64,000 bases of DNA from an uncultured Pseudomonadota bacterium (GTDB lineage: Bacteria; Oederibacteriota; Muellerivitia; Muellerivitales; Muellerivitaceae), in NCBI GenBank assembly GCA_963843375.1, contig CAWJKT010000009.1, positions 128,001-192,000 on the forward strand, given 5' to 3'. Both the position numbers and the translations under genes were made by a program. Below, in pieces: positions 1-9,106 of this stretch (position 1 is its first letter; every line of letters begins with the position of its first letter). Under the pieces are notes generated by a model, which worked only from the letters and a program-made list of their open reading frames with translations, had not been told where the DNA came from and ran no database searches.

Positions 1-265
1 CGCCGCCCCGCGATAGCCCGATGGCGATGCCCACTTGACTGCTGGCGGGGCCTGGGAGAAATTGGCAAAGCGCCACGATATCCACATAGGCGTGTTCGCT
101 TAACCATTTTTTGCGCGCGACAAATTCTTGGCGAAAATATCCCAAATGTGCGATGGGACCGCCGAAAGAAGTTAATCCCAGCCGTAAGAAGGTCAGGAAG
201 ATTTCAAATACATGGGAATGTTTTTCATCCCTCGGCGCTATCATTTTGATTTTCGTTTGGCTCAT
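1..265 (-). CDS. chrA: Chromate efflux transporter ChrA, N-terminal part (runs off the window)
   Basis: Manual minus-strand translation from ATG at 265: MSQTKIK...FLRLGLTSFGGPIAHLGYFRQEFVARKKWLSEHAYVDIVALCQFLPGPASSQVGIAIG, with the CHR-family FGGP and LPGP motifs. Not in the ORF track. Confidence 0.92.
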   Translation of the reverse strand, partial: MSQTKIKMIAPRDEKHSHVFEIFLTFLRLGLTSFGGPIAHLGYFRQEFVARKKWLSEHAYVDIVALCQFLPGPASSQVGIAIGLSRGG

Positions 266-348
266 CGCACCTATGCCCTATCTTTTAATTCAAAACCCGT
301 CCTAAAGTATAAGGGATTTAAGATGACCGCAACGGCAAAGGAGCGTTT

Positions 349-765
349 ATGAAAATGGATAAAGCGTTGATTTTAATCCGTCTGGCTGTCGGAGCCGTTT
401 TTCTTTCAGAGGGCATTCAAAAATTTCTGTTCTCGGAAACTTGCGGAGCGGGAAGGTTCGCCCAGATCGGCATCCCCGACCCCAATGTGATGGCGCCTTT
501 TGTGGGTGTGGTGGAAATTGTCTTTGGAGCTTTTATTATTATCGGTTTCCTGACCCGCTTATCTGCTATACCGCTTCTCATCGACATTAGCGTGGCCATC
601 GCGACTACCAAAATTCCTATCCTGATGGACAAGGGGTTTTGGGCCATGGCCCATGAAGCCCGGACGGATTACGCCATGTTCATGGGGCTTTTGTTTTTGT
701 TGATAGCGGGCGGCGGTGACTTTTCGGTTGGTTCTGTTTTGAAGTCAGGGAAAAAGAAGCGGTAA
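349..765 (+). CDS. DoxX family membrane protein
   Basis: Four hydrophobic segments, LIRLAVGAVFLSEGIQKF start and GGGDFSV end typical of DoxX; RBS AAGGAG. Confidence 0.85.
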   Translation: MKMDKALILIRLAVGAVFLSEGIQKFLFSETCGAGRFAQIGIPDPNVMAPFVGVVEIVFGAFIIIGFLTRLSAIPLLIDISVAIATTKIPILMDKGFWAMAHEARTDYAMFMGLLFLLIAGGGDFSVGSVLKSGKKKR

Positions 766-807
766 AGCTGAAGGGTTTAATCGTTAACTATCCATCAGGG
801 AGAGCGT

Positions 808-1356
808 ATGTCAACTTTTGAGAATATCGACGTTTCTATTTTTCGATGGATCAATTCAGATTGGTCAAATCCTGTTTTTGATAAAGTTTTCAGCTTATTT
901 AGCGATCTTCCGGTTCTCCTGGTTCCCGTTGTCATTTTAATCCTGTGGCTTTTAGTGAAAGGGGGAAAAGCAGGCTGGCTTTTTGTGTTGAAACTGATAT
1001 TGGCAGTGGCAGCTGCCAACGAAATCACGGAGCTTATTTTCAGACCCTGGATCGCCAGGGTGAGGCCCTGCGTCGCTTTGCAGGGGGTGAACACCCCCGA
1101 TGGGATATTGACGTCCTATTCTTTTCCCGCCGGTGCGGCGGCGCTAGTGGCGGCGGGCATGTTGGTTTTGACTTTTCGCTATCCCAAGTACAAATGGCTT
1201 TTTCTTTTTCTGGCGATAATGGTAGGCCTTTCTCGAATTTATTTGGGTGTTCATTATCCAACGGATGTTTTAGGCGGGTTTGCGGTGGGGATTCTGGCAG
1301 GGGGGATGGTAGAGTGGGTTTTTAAGATTGTGAAAAAGTTAATCAAGCGCGCATAG
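808..1356 (+). CDS. PAP2-superfamily membrane phosphatase homologue (C2 motif degenerate)
   Basis: SRIYLGVHYPTDVLGG C3 motif and RVRP present; SFPAGA replaces SFPSGH. Confidence 0.8.
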   Translation: MSTFENIDVSIFRWINSDWSNPVFDKVFSLFSDLPVLLVPVVILILWLLVKGGKAGWLFVLKLILAVAAANEITELIFRPWIARVRPCVALQGVNTPDGILTSYSFPAGAAALVAAGMLVLTFRYPKYKWLFLFLAIMVGLSRIYLGVHYPTDVLGGFAVGILAGGMVEWVFKIVKKLIKRA

Positions 1357-1407
1357 TTCAGGTTTTACCGGTCGTTCGCGAAAACGAATCCTTGAAAGGA
1401 AAATAAA

Positions 1408-1782
1408 ATGCAAGATTTGCTTTTGTACCTCGGGGCTTATCTGATCGGTTCTATCCCAGTGGGTTTTTTGATATTAAAAACGTTTAGGAATATCGACATG
1501 AGAAAAGTGTTCGATCGTCCTCTGACCCTATCGCAGAAACTGAAAATAACAGGCATTCCCCTGGGTCTGTTGGTCTTAGCGCTTAATGTGTTGAAGGGCG
1601 TCGCGGCCATTCTTTTAGCCCGCACTCTTTCCCCGACCGATCAACCGGATTGGATATTGGCGGGATTTCTTACCCTCTTAGGCGATGAGTTTCCGGTATT
1701 TCTAAAATTCAAAGGCTATCGGGATATCGGCGTCAGTGTGGGGGTTTTCGCTTCGCTTTTGTTTTGGATGATGACAAAATAA
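1408..1782 (+). CDS. Short, degenerate PlsY (glycerol-3-phosphate acyltransferase)-like membrane protein
   Basis: AYLIGSIPVG, LKG and PVFLKFKG motifs; only 124 aa, and the GSGN-GATN and GGKG motifs are missing. Confidence 0.65.
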   Translation: MQDLLLYLGAYLIGSIPVGFLILKTFRNIDMRKVFDRPLTLSQKLKITGIPLGLLVLALNVLKGVAAILLARTLSPTDQPDWILAGFLTLLGDEFPVFLKFKGYRDIGVSVGVFASLLFWMMTK

Positions 1783-1796
1783 ACGGGCGAGGATAC

Positions 1797-3026
1797 ATGA
1801 ATAAAATTTTTTTGAACTACGCTGCCGGGATGGTCTTGGCCCTGTCTTCCATACCCGCTTTCGCGGATATGCCGACAATCTCCCCGACTCCGACCAACAC
1901 ACAACCGACATTTGCATTTGGCGGCATGGTGGACGCTTACTATTCCTATAACTTCCCTAACGCTTCGGATAACACGGTGGGTCAAGGCAACAACTCCAGC
2001 GTTTATTTTTATAACGGTAAAGACGACAGCCTGGCTTTGGGGCTGGCAGAATTAACCGCCAACGCGACCCAAGGTCAAGGAAGTATTCATTTAGTCTTGG
2101 CGGACGGTATCAGTGCCTCCCCCAGCGCGGGCGGGGCGGGACTCAATCCATCCAACCCCCAGGGCATCGATGTGCTTCAAGCTTATTTTTCTTATAAACC
2201 CTCGGACTGGATCCTCAGCGCGGGAAGGTTTGTGGGCTGGACGGGAGCGGAAGTCATCGAAAGCCAGTACAACTGGAACTATACCCACTCGCTTCTTTTT
2301 CAATACACCCGTCCCTATTGGACCACCGGCCTTAGCGCGGCCTATCAACCGGACTCTGTTTTTAAAATCACGGGTTACGCGGTGGATGGTTGGAACAACG
2401 CCTCGGGGGCGGGCATCGGCAAGACTTACGGTTTTCAAATGGGCTTGACGCCTGACTCGGTTTGGAAATTCACGTTGAATGGCCTCATTGGTCCGGGTTC
2501 GGGCACTTCCTACGTCAATTTCGCCGGAACGAACGCCGCCAATTTTGTGGGGGAGGCCATTGTCATGTTCAAGGCCACGGACAAGCTTTCCTTCGCCCTA
2601 CAGGCGGACTATGTCGGCCAGGACGTGACCGGCGCTTCGACTCGAGATGTTTGGGGTTCGGGCGTGGATGCATGGGGTATGGCCCTTTATGGCCGTTATC
2701 AGTTTGAAAAAGATTGGGCCTTGGCTTTGAGAATTGAAAATTTGGAAGACAGCGAAAACATGTTCGGCCTCTTCGGAAACAATTTTATGCTTCCCGGCAA
2801 CTCGCTGGCGGTGGCCCCTGCTAAGGATGTGGAAGCCCAAGAATTGACCGTGACTATCGAACACAACTTGATGCCGAATTTAGTATTTAAAGTGGAAGGC
2901 CGAGCGGACGAGGCTTTGTCCGGCAACCAGGAAGTTCCCCTCACCAAAGGACCCTTTATCCCCGGCAGTGTGAACGATCAGGGCGACGAATTTACCTGTA
3001 CAGCTAGCGCGGTCTATAGCCTCTAA
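1797..3026 (+). CDS. Outer-membrane beta-barrel porin (BBP2/OmpL-like)
   Basis: Signal peptide ending AFA; GGMVDAYYSYNF, GRF..GAEVIES..NWNYTHSLLF and GW motifs; amphipathic C-terminal strand. Confidence 0.75.
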   Translation: MNKIFLNYAAGMVLALSSIPAFADMPTISPTPTNTQPTFAFGGMVDAYYSYNFPNASDNTVGQGNNSSVYFYNGKDDSLALGLAELTANATQGQGSIHLVLADGISASPSAGGAGLNPSNPQGIDVLQAYFSYKPSDWILSAGRFVGWTGAEVIESQYNWNYTHSLLFQYTRPYWTTGLSAAYQPDSVFKITGYAVDGWNNASGAGIGKTYGFQMGLTPDSVWKFTLNGLIGPGSGTSYVNFAGTNAANFVGEAIVMFKATDKLSFALQADYVGQDVTGASTRDVWGSGVDAWGMALYGRYQFEKDWALALRIENLEDSENMFGLFGNNFMLPGNSLAVAPAKDVEAQELTVTIEHNLMPNLVFKVEGRADEALSGNQEVPLTKGPFIPGSVNDQGDEFTCTASAVYSL

Positions 3027-3108
3027 TTTCGTTTGAGAATTCTTTTCTAGCGTTGCCTTCCACTTATTTGGTTTAGAAACGCCATTAAAATCATCAAAAA
3101 ACTTACCC

Positions 3109-3140
3109 TTGACTCTGGAGTATACTCCAGCACCTATACT
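3109..3140 (+). promoter_or_regulatory. MerR-family (ZntR-type) promoter/operator
   Basis: TTGACT (-35), 20-bp spacer containing the perfect 16-bp palindrome CTGGAGTATACTCCAG, then TATACT (-10), directly upstream of a MerR gene. Confidence 0.9.
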
Positions 3141-3156
3141 CGCGATTGGAGCGGAT

Positions 3157-3537
3157 ATGAAAACTAATGAAACTGTTTTGCAAATTGGACAAGTTTCCAA
3201 AAAAAGTGGAATGTCCATCGACACCATTCGTTATTACGAAAAGGAAGGTTTACTGAAAAAGCCGTCCCGGAGCGAAGGCGGTTTCAGGGTCTATTCCCAG
3301 GAAGCGGTAGACCAATTGGTTTTTATTCGAAAAGCCCAAGCTATGGGACTGACGCTTAAAGAAATTAAAAAAATTATGTGTTGCGGAGATAAAGGGCTTG
3401 AACCTTGCTGTGACCTGACGGTTGATTTGTTCGCGGCAAAAATCAACGAATTTGAAACCAAAATCTCGGAACTCGAAGAGATGAAGAAAAAGTTAAAGAC
3501 CGTATTGGGTGGTTGGGTAACAAAAAAGAGGAAATAA
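3157..3537 (+). CDS. MerR-family heavy-metal-responsive transcriptional regulator
   Basis: IGQVSKKSGMSIDTIRYYEKEGLL..RSEGGFRVY HTH; Cys pairs in CCGDKGLEPCC. Confidence 0.93.
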   Translation: MKTNETVLQIGQVSKKSGMSIDTIRYYEKEGLLKKPSRSEGGFRVYSQEAVDQLVFIRKAQAMGLTLKEIKKIMCCGDKGLEPCCDLTVDLFAAKINEFETKISELEEMKKKLKTVLGGWVTKKRK

Positions 3538-3547
3538 GGGGGCTGTT

Positions 3548-3985
3548 ATGGCGCTAAAGGTTTTGATTTTATGCACAAAGAATTCCTGTCGCTCACAAAT
3601 GGCGGAAGGTGTATTGAAACATTACGGTGGCGACAAGTTCATTGTAGAAAGCGCGGGTTTAGAACCTACACACGTTAATAAGAACGCCATCAAAGTCATG
3701 AAAGAAATCGGTATTGATATTTCCAATCAAAGTTCAAAGAACGTTGTAAGTTTCTTGGGGCAGTATTTTGGATTCATTATCACGGTTTGTTCTGATGCGG
3801 ATATGAGATGCCCAATTTTCCCAGGCGTGGCACAGCGGCTTTATTGGCCGTTCAATGACCCGCCCCAAACGGAAGAAGAGTCGGCTGAAATACTGGATGA
3901 ATTTCGTAAAGTTCGTGATGAAATTCATGTGAGATTCAAAGAAGTGGCTGAGAAGGGGTTTGGCGCTTTCACGGCTAAGAAGTAA
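3548..3985 (+). CDS. arsC: Arsenate reductase, LMW-PTPase (thioredoxin-coupled) type
   Basis: CTKNSCRSQMAEG P-loop, ITVC..CPIFPG, WPFNDP. Confidence 0.9.
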   Translation: MALKVLILCTKNSCRSQMAEGVLKHYGGDKFIVESAGLEPTHVNKNAIKVMKEIGIDISNQSSKNVVSFLGQYFGFIITVCSDADMRCPIFPGVAQRLYWPFNDPPQTEEESAEILDEFRKVRDEIHVRFKEVAEKGFGAFTAKK

Positions 3986-3986
3986 C

Positions 3987-4187
3987 ATGACCGGCGAGAT
4001 GGCGTTGTTTCGATGGTTTTTGGGAATGGCACAAATAACAGGCTCGACTATGGCGTTGGTGTTTTTGTTTAGAACTGGTTTGAGTCCGTTGTTCTGGGTG
4101 ACTTTTGCGGTCACAACTATTTTTACCATCACCAGCCGAATCCTATTTTGGCGGGGAAAGCATTGGAAGTCGTTCTTTACGGAATGA
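3987..4187 (+). CDS. Small two-TM hypothetical membrane protein inside the ars operon
   Basis: ATG one base after the arsC stop; two hydrophobic stretches. Confidence 0.55.
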   Translation: MTGEMALFRWFLGMAQITGSTMALVFLFRTGLSPLFWVTFAVTTIFTITSRILFWRGKHWKSFFTE

Positions 4188-4209
4188 TTCAAATTGAGGG
4201 GACATAACG

Positions 4210-4614
4210 ATGAGAGTTCATGTATCGATTAACGTCAAAAACGTCAGTGAATCGGTTGAGTTCTATGAAAAGGTATTCGGCGTCAAGCCACAAAAGCAGA
4301 CAGCCGATTACGCTAAATTTGATCTGAAAAAACCCGCTCTCAATTTTTCAATGCAGTCTCATTCAGACAGACCCATTAGTCGGGTTACCCATTTCGGGGT
4401 TGAAGTTGATTCGCCTATGGAACTTCAGGATTTTCAAAATAGGCTTAACGCAAGTGGTATTGCCGTAGAGGAAGAAAAACAGACTGCTTGTTGCTTTGCC
4501 CGTCAGGATAAAGCTTGGTTCAAAGACCCAGACGGCAATTCCTGGGAAATATTTCACGTGTATGAGCAGTTGCCAATTCATCCTTCTTCCAATTCCAGTC
4601 AGTGTTGTGCCTAA
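4210..4614 (+). CDS. arsI: ArsI/CadI-family VOC metalloenzyme (organoarsenical lyase-like)
   Basis: RVHVSINV, DYAKFDL..PALNF, HFGVEV, ACCFARQDKAWFKDPDGNSWE with the vicinal CC pair. Confidence 0.85.
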   Translation: MRVHVSINVKNVSESVEFYEKVFGVKPQKQTADYAKFDLKKPALNFSMQSHSDRPISRVTHFGVEVDSPMELQDFQNRLNASGIAVEEEKQTACCFARQDKAWFKDPDGNSWEIFHVYEQLPIHPSSNSSQCCA

Positions 4615-4641
4615 TTAATCCATCAGATAAAGGAAATGTAA

Positions 4642-5703
4642 ATGAGTGATCTTTCTAAAAAGATGAATGTCTTTGAACGTTACCTCACCCTTTGGGTTGT
4701 GCTTTGTATGGTGTTGGGTGTTTTGATTGGCAAAGTTTTACCCCAGGTTGTTACGGCGTTACAGCAAATGGAATTTGGCACAGGTAGCCATATCAACATT
4801 CCTATAGCTATTCTGATTTGGTTGATGATCTACCCGATGATGTTGAAGATAGACTTTGCCTCAATTAAGAACGTCGGCAAGCGTCCCAAAGGACTCTTGG
4901 TAACCTTGTTTGTTAACTGGCTCGTGAAGCCTTTCTCAATGGCTTTTTTGGGATGGTTTTTCTTTAAGGTGCTTTTTGTGCCCTTCTTGGGAGCGGAAGT
5001 GGCTAACCAGTATTTGGCAGGTGTCATCATCTTAGCCGCCGCACCTTGCACCGCTATGGTATTTGTCTGGTCTTATTTAGCGGGCGGGGATGCCGCTTAC
5101 ACGTTAGTTCAAGTATCGGTTAATGACCTGATTATGCTGGTCGCTTTTGCTCCCATTGTTCGGTTCTTGGTATCGGGCGCGTCGGGGTTGGAAGTTCCTT
5201 TCCAAGTTCTTTTATATTCAGTCCTTATTTTTGTAGTTATTCCACTCTTACTAGGCGCTGTCAGTCGTTGGCTCCTCATCCAAAAGAGTGGAGCCAAATG
5301 GTTCAATGAAAAGTTTTTGCCCGTATTCCAACCCATCACCATATTGGCTTTGCTGGCTACTCTGGTTTTGATCTTTGCCTTTCAGGCTCAAAACATTACG
5401 GGTAGGTGGTTGGATGTATTTTTAATCGCGATTCCCATTCTTATCCAGGTTTACTTTAACGCGGGGCTTGCCTATGGTTTGATGAAGCTTTTGAAAGTGC
5501 CTTATTCAGTGGCCGCGCCTGGCGCGTTGATTGGTGCCTCGAATTTCTTTGAATTGGCGGTCGCTACTGCGATCGCTTTGTATGGCCCGGGCAGTGGAGC
5601 GGCTTTAGCAACGGTAGTGGGGGTATTGGTCGAAGTGCCTGTCATGTTGTCGGTTTGTTCCATTTGTACTAATACAAAGGGTTGGTTTGGAAAGGAAAAA
5701 TAA
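4642..5703 (+). CDS. acr3: Arsenite efflux transporter Acr3
   Basis: FERYLTLWV, MIYPMM, AAPCTAMVFVWS, GASNFFELAVA and GVLVEVPVML motifs. Confidence 0.96.
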   Translation: MSDLSKKMNVFERYLTLWVVLCMVLGVLIGKVLPQVVTALQQMEFGTGSHINIPIAILIWLMIYPMMLKIDFASIKNVGKRPKGLLVTLFVNWLVKPFSMAFLGWFFFKVLFVPFLGAEVANQYLAGVIILAAAPCTAMVFVWSYLAGGDAAYTLVQVSVNDLIMLVAFAPIVRFLVSGASGLEVPFQVLLYSVLIFVVIPLLLGAVSRWLLIQKSGAKWFNEKFLPVFQPITILALLATLVLIFAFQAQNITGRWLDVFLIAIPILIQVYFNAGLAYGLMKLLKVPYSVAAPGALIGASNFFELAVATAIALYGPGSGAALATVVGVLVEVPVMLSVCSICTNTKGWFGKEK

Positions 5704-5706
5704 ACC

Positions 5707-6126
5707 ATGAAAAAGATTCTTTTTCTTTGCGTCGCGAATTCTGGCAGAAGTCAAATGGCCGAAGGAATCGCAAAAGAACTTTGGGGCGATAGCGCCCTTA
5801 TTCAAAGCGCCGGGTCAAAGCCATCATTGGTGAATCCCTATTCCATCAAGGTTCTGGCAGAGATTGGGATTAATGCTTCAGGCCAATATTCCAAGTCGGT
5901 GGCGGATATCGACCCTTCAACAGTGGATACGGTTATTACTCTTTGCGCCGAAGAAGAGTGTCCTGTTTTCTTGGGTAAGGCAGAGAGGATTCATTGGCCC
6001 TTGCCCGACCCTGGTGTTGGGGCCAATAGCGAAGAAGAAAAGCTTCAAAGTTTTCGTAAAGTTCGCGATGAAATAAAAAGCCGATTGAATAAGTTTAAAA
6101 ACGAAATGGGCGTTAAGGCAATTTAA
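5707..6126 (+). CDS. arsC: Second LMW-PTPase-type arsenate reductase
   Basis: CVANSGRSQMAEG, ITLCAEEECPVF, HWPLPDP. Confidence 0.88.
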   Translation: MKKILFLCVANSGRSQMAEGIAKELWGDSALIQSAGSKPSLVNPYSIKVLAEIGINASGQYSKSVADIDPSTVDTVITLCAEEECPVFLGKAERIHWPLPDPGVGANSEEEKLQSFRKVRDEIKSRLNKFKNEMGVKAI

Positions 6127-6160
6127 TAAAATTTAGTTCAAAAATACCAAAGAACTAACC

Positions 6161-6190
6161 TTGTCCACGGCGGGGACCTGTAGTAAACAA
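6161..6190. repeat. Imperfect palindrome TTGTCCAC-N14-GTAAACAA, related to the intron target site
   Basis: 14 of 16 nt identical to the reconstructed exon junction TTGTCCACGACG|AGGA; same 14-nt spacer and central GA. Confidence 0.55.
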
Positions 6191-6537
6191 TAATTTTTTC
6201 ACCATTTTGACCGTTTCCTCATTTTTCCCTGAACCTTTTCCCATAGTTTCCCGTAACACTTCGCTCCATGTGTAACATATTAGGAATTTTATTCCCCCCA
6301 GCTTCAACCACAATGGTGAAACTATGCAACGAGACTATCGAAGTGATAGCGACGACACCTGAAAATTTGTCCAAGGAAATGGGATTGAAATAATCAGTGT
6401 TTGTGACTCGGATCATAATGTGAGCCCCCAAAAATCATTTAAAATAATTTTCAGAATAATTTATTTCGCTGTGATCGGGGTCATATTCCCCTGTTACATT
6501 TCGAAGTGAATTCACTAAACCCAAAAAGGAGGAATTT

Positions 6538-6708
6538 ATGGCAAAGACAAATGACAAGGAAGCGACAAAGAAATCGGAGAAGGATGTCTCGAAGGATAAC
6601 CTGGAAGTGGCGGCATATTACCACTGGCAGCAACGGGGGTGCCCAAACAATGATGAATTGTGCGATTGGGTGGAAGCGGAAAAGGAATTGGTCGGAGCCT
6701 CAAAATAA
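6538..6708 (+). CDS. DUF2934-family small protein
   Basis: 56-aa ORF below the track cutoff with RBS AGGAGG; translation contains AAYYHWQQRGCPNNDELCDWVEAEKEL. Confidence 0.8.
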   Translation: MAKTNDKEATKKSEKDVSKDNLEVAAYYHWQQRGCPNNDELCDWVEAEKELVGASK

Positions 6709-7111
6709 ATCTTAATAAATAAATTGCTTTATACGACGCCGCTTGAATCAACCGTGTCCCAAACCCTTGTGGACACGGTTTCGAGCTTAAAGAGCAAACC
6801 GATACAAACGGGAGGCGGAACATGGTTGACGCCGTTATAAAGAAATACGGGCCTTTTTTTGAAAAATTGATACTGTGGGTAATAGAAGGTAAAAAATCCC
6901 CTTTTTGTCGGGACTATCCCCCAAGGTTGAAAACAACTCAAAAATCTTTTCGGAAAATGCGCAATAAAAACAAAGCCTTGGCTGTTCTGGCTCACGCTCC
7001 AATCCACCAAAAAGCTTAAAATGATTACTGGAAGAGGTTCTTGATAGGATACCGAGAAGGTGCCAGCGGAGTTATTCTGACGTGGTAAGAAAAAGAATCC
7101 TCCTCTAGAGG

Positions 7112-7149
7112 AACCCCGGATGGTTGTTAATCCCGGGGTTTTTTATTTT
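7112..7149 (+). terminator. Intrinsic terminator-like hairpin
   Basis: AACCCCGG...CCGGGGTT followed by a T run. Confidence 0.6.
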
Positions 7150-7165
7150 AGGGTTGTCCACGACG

Positions 7166-9106
7166 GTGCGTCCAGAAAAGGCAGGTGTGTTCAGCAAGAG
7201 ATAGTCTTGCATGGGTAATAGCCAAAGCCCATTAGCTAGGATGGCAGGCAAGCGGGAAACCTAATGTCTGAAGCCCATCAACAAAGCCATCGAAAGGATG
7301 GTGAGCGAGTCGTCGGGCCGTAACGAAAGTAAATGCACAGGTGGCCCCGAAAACAATTGCCTCGAAGGCCGAGTCCGCCGTCGTGGGACGAAGGCATCAT
7401 GGGCCAGCGCAGAGATATGGCTGAAGCGCTGGAACACTTCGGCGGGGTGATAGCAACGGCACGATGACAAGGACACGCCAAGCAACTGGAGAAACCCTCC
7501 TTGCCCCAAGCAGAAATGCTTGGAGAAGGGTAAGCCGTATAACCGTGACGCGGGAAAACGGCTGAAGGCGAGAGGGTTTAGGATGGGTTCATGGTAGCGA
7601 CGAAGCGTGGTAATGCCCGTGGAGCGAAGGAACCCTGCTGCTGTTAAGTCTCTCGACAAAACGGAAGGCAGTGACGGTATGAAAAAAACGTCTATCAACC
7701 TGCAAGACCTGAGACGAGAGATATACGTCAAAGCGAAGGCTGAAAAGAACTGGAGTTTCTGGGGACTGTACACTCATGTTTGCAAGATGAAAACGCTTCA
7801 ACAGGCATACCGGATGGCTAAGGTAAATAACGGAGCCCCAGGAATAGATGGGGTAACGTTTGATGCCATTGAGGGAGCTGGAGTGGAGCCATTTCTGGAA
7901 AGCATCCGGGGTGAATTAGTTCAAGGCACGTATAAGCCCGCTCGAAATCGGAAGAAGGAAATACCCAAGGGAAATGGGAAGGTAAGAGTCCTTGGGATAC
8001 CGAACATTCGGGATAGAGTAGTCCAGGGAGCGATGAAGCTCATTCTGGAGCCGATTTTTGAGGCCGATTTTCAAGAAGGGTCCTATGGGTATCGACCCAA
8101 GCGGACCGCTCATGCGGCTGTGAACAGGGTAGCATCAGCAATCGTTTGTAGAAAAACCCGAGTCATCGATGTAGACCTCAAGGCATATTTCGACACGGTA
8201 AGGCATGACCTGCTGATGAAGAAAGTTGCCCGAAGGGTTGAGGATGAAACGGTGTTGGGATTGTTGAAGATGATCCTGAAAGCCAGCGGCAAAAGAGGAG
8301 TCCCGCAGGGAGGGGTTATTTCTCCGCTTCTGGCAAATCTCTACCTCAACGAGGTGGATAAGATGCTGGAAAAGGCAAAAGAAGTGACCCGGCAAGGGAA
8401 GAACGACTATATCGAATATGCGAGGTTTGCTGACGATATGGTGATCCTTGTTAATGGATATCCGCAATGGGAATGGTTGGCAAAGGCTGCCTACCGAAGG
8501 TTACTTGAAGAGTTGACCAAGCTCGACTTACAAATCAACACGGACAAGACACGGATAGCAGACCTAACGAAAGGAGAAAGTTTCGGATTTCTGGGGTTTG
8601 ACTTTCGACAGGTGAAAACCCGTCGAGGGAAATGGGGAGTGAAGTTCACGCCGAAAATGAAGGCTCGGACAACACTTTTAGGCAAGCTCAAGGAAACATT
8701 TCGAAGCTTTCAATCCCAGCCGGTGCAGAGGGTGATTGAGCTGATCAATCCCAAACTGCGTGGATGGGTCAATTACTTTCGGATAGGAAATTCTAGTCGT
8801 TGTTTTAATTACGTGGAAAGATGGGTCGAGAATAAAATCAGAAGGCACATGATGCGTGCGAAGAAGCTTGATGGTTTTGGGCGGAATAGGTGGAGTAGGG
8901 AATGGATAAATAAGTATCTGGGGTTGTACAGAAGTTACCAAATACGTTATTACCAAGAACCGAAAGCACTACCAGTCCAATAAGTCACATAAACTTTGAC
9001 ATGAAGACAACAGGTGAGCGTAGTGCGGGAAATCCGCACGCTACGTTCGAGGAGGCGGGGACTGGAAACGGAGCCAGAAGGCCACCGCACCAGCCCTCGA
9101 CCCTAC
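7166..9106 (+). mobile_element. Complete group II intron
   Basis: 5' GTGCG at 7166; domain V GAGCGTAGTGCGGGAAATCCGCACGCTACGTTC at 9016-9048; domain VI ending CCCTAC at 9106; EBS1-like CGTCGT (7379-7384) complementary to the last exon bases ACGACG. Confidence 0.95.
7679..8983 (+). CDS. ltrA: Group II intron reverse transcriptase/maturase, no endonuclease domain
   Basis: GAPGIDG, RVLGIP..RDRVVQ, GVPQGGVISPLLANLYL, YARFADD, X domain LRGWVNYF. Confidence 0.96.
   Translation: MKKTSINLQDLRREIYVKAKAEKNWSFWGLYTHVCKMKTLQQAYRMAKVNNGAPGIDGVTFDAIEGAGVEPFLESIRGELVQGTYKPARNRKKEIPKGNGKVRVLGIPNIRDRVVQGAMKLILEPIFEADFQEGSYGYRPKRTAHAAVNRVASAIVCRKTRVIDVDLKAYFDTVRHDLLMKKVARRVEDETVLGLLKMILKASGKRGVPQGGVISPLLANLYLNEVDKMLEKAKEVTRQGKNDYIEYARFADDMVILVNGYPQWEWLAKAAYRRLLEELTKLDLQINTDKTRIADLTKGESFGFLGFDFRQVKTRRGKWGVKFTPKMKARTTLLGKLKETFRSFQSQPVQRVIELINPKLRGWVNYFRIGNSSRCFNYVERWVENKIRRHMMRAKKLDGFGRNRWSREWINKYLGLYRSYQIRYYQEPKALPVQ

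Noticed and set aside
6822..7019. 65-aa ORF before the intron
   Set aside because: No recognisable motif; insufficient support to call a gene.
7112..7170. Class IIC terminator-targeted insertion
   Set aside because: The terminator ends ~16 nt upstream, domain V is near full length with an AGC triad, and the insertion is within a different palindrome.
7607..8983. RT as retron, DGR or defence RT
   Set aside because: GTGCG start, domains V/VI, EBS1-IBS1 pairing and a maturase X domain identify a group II intron.
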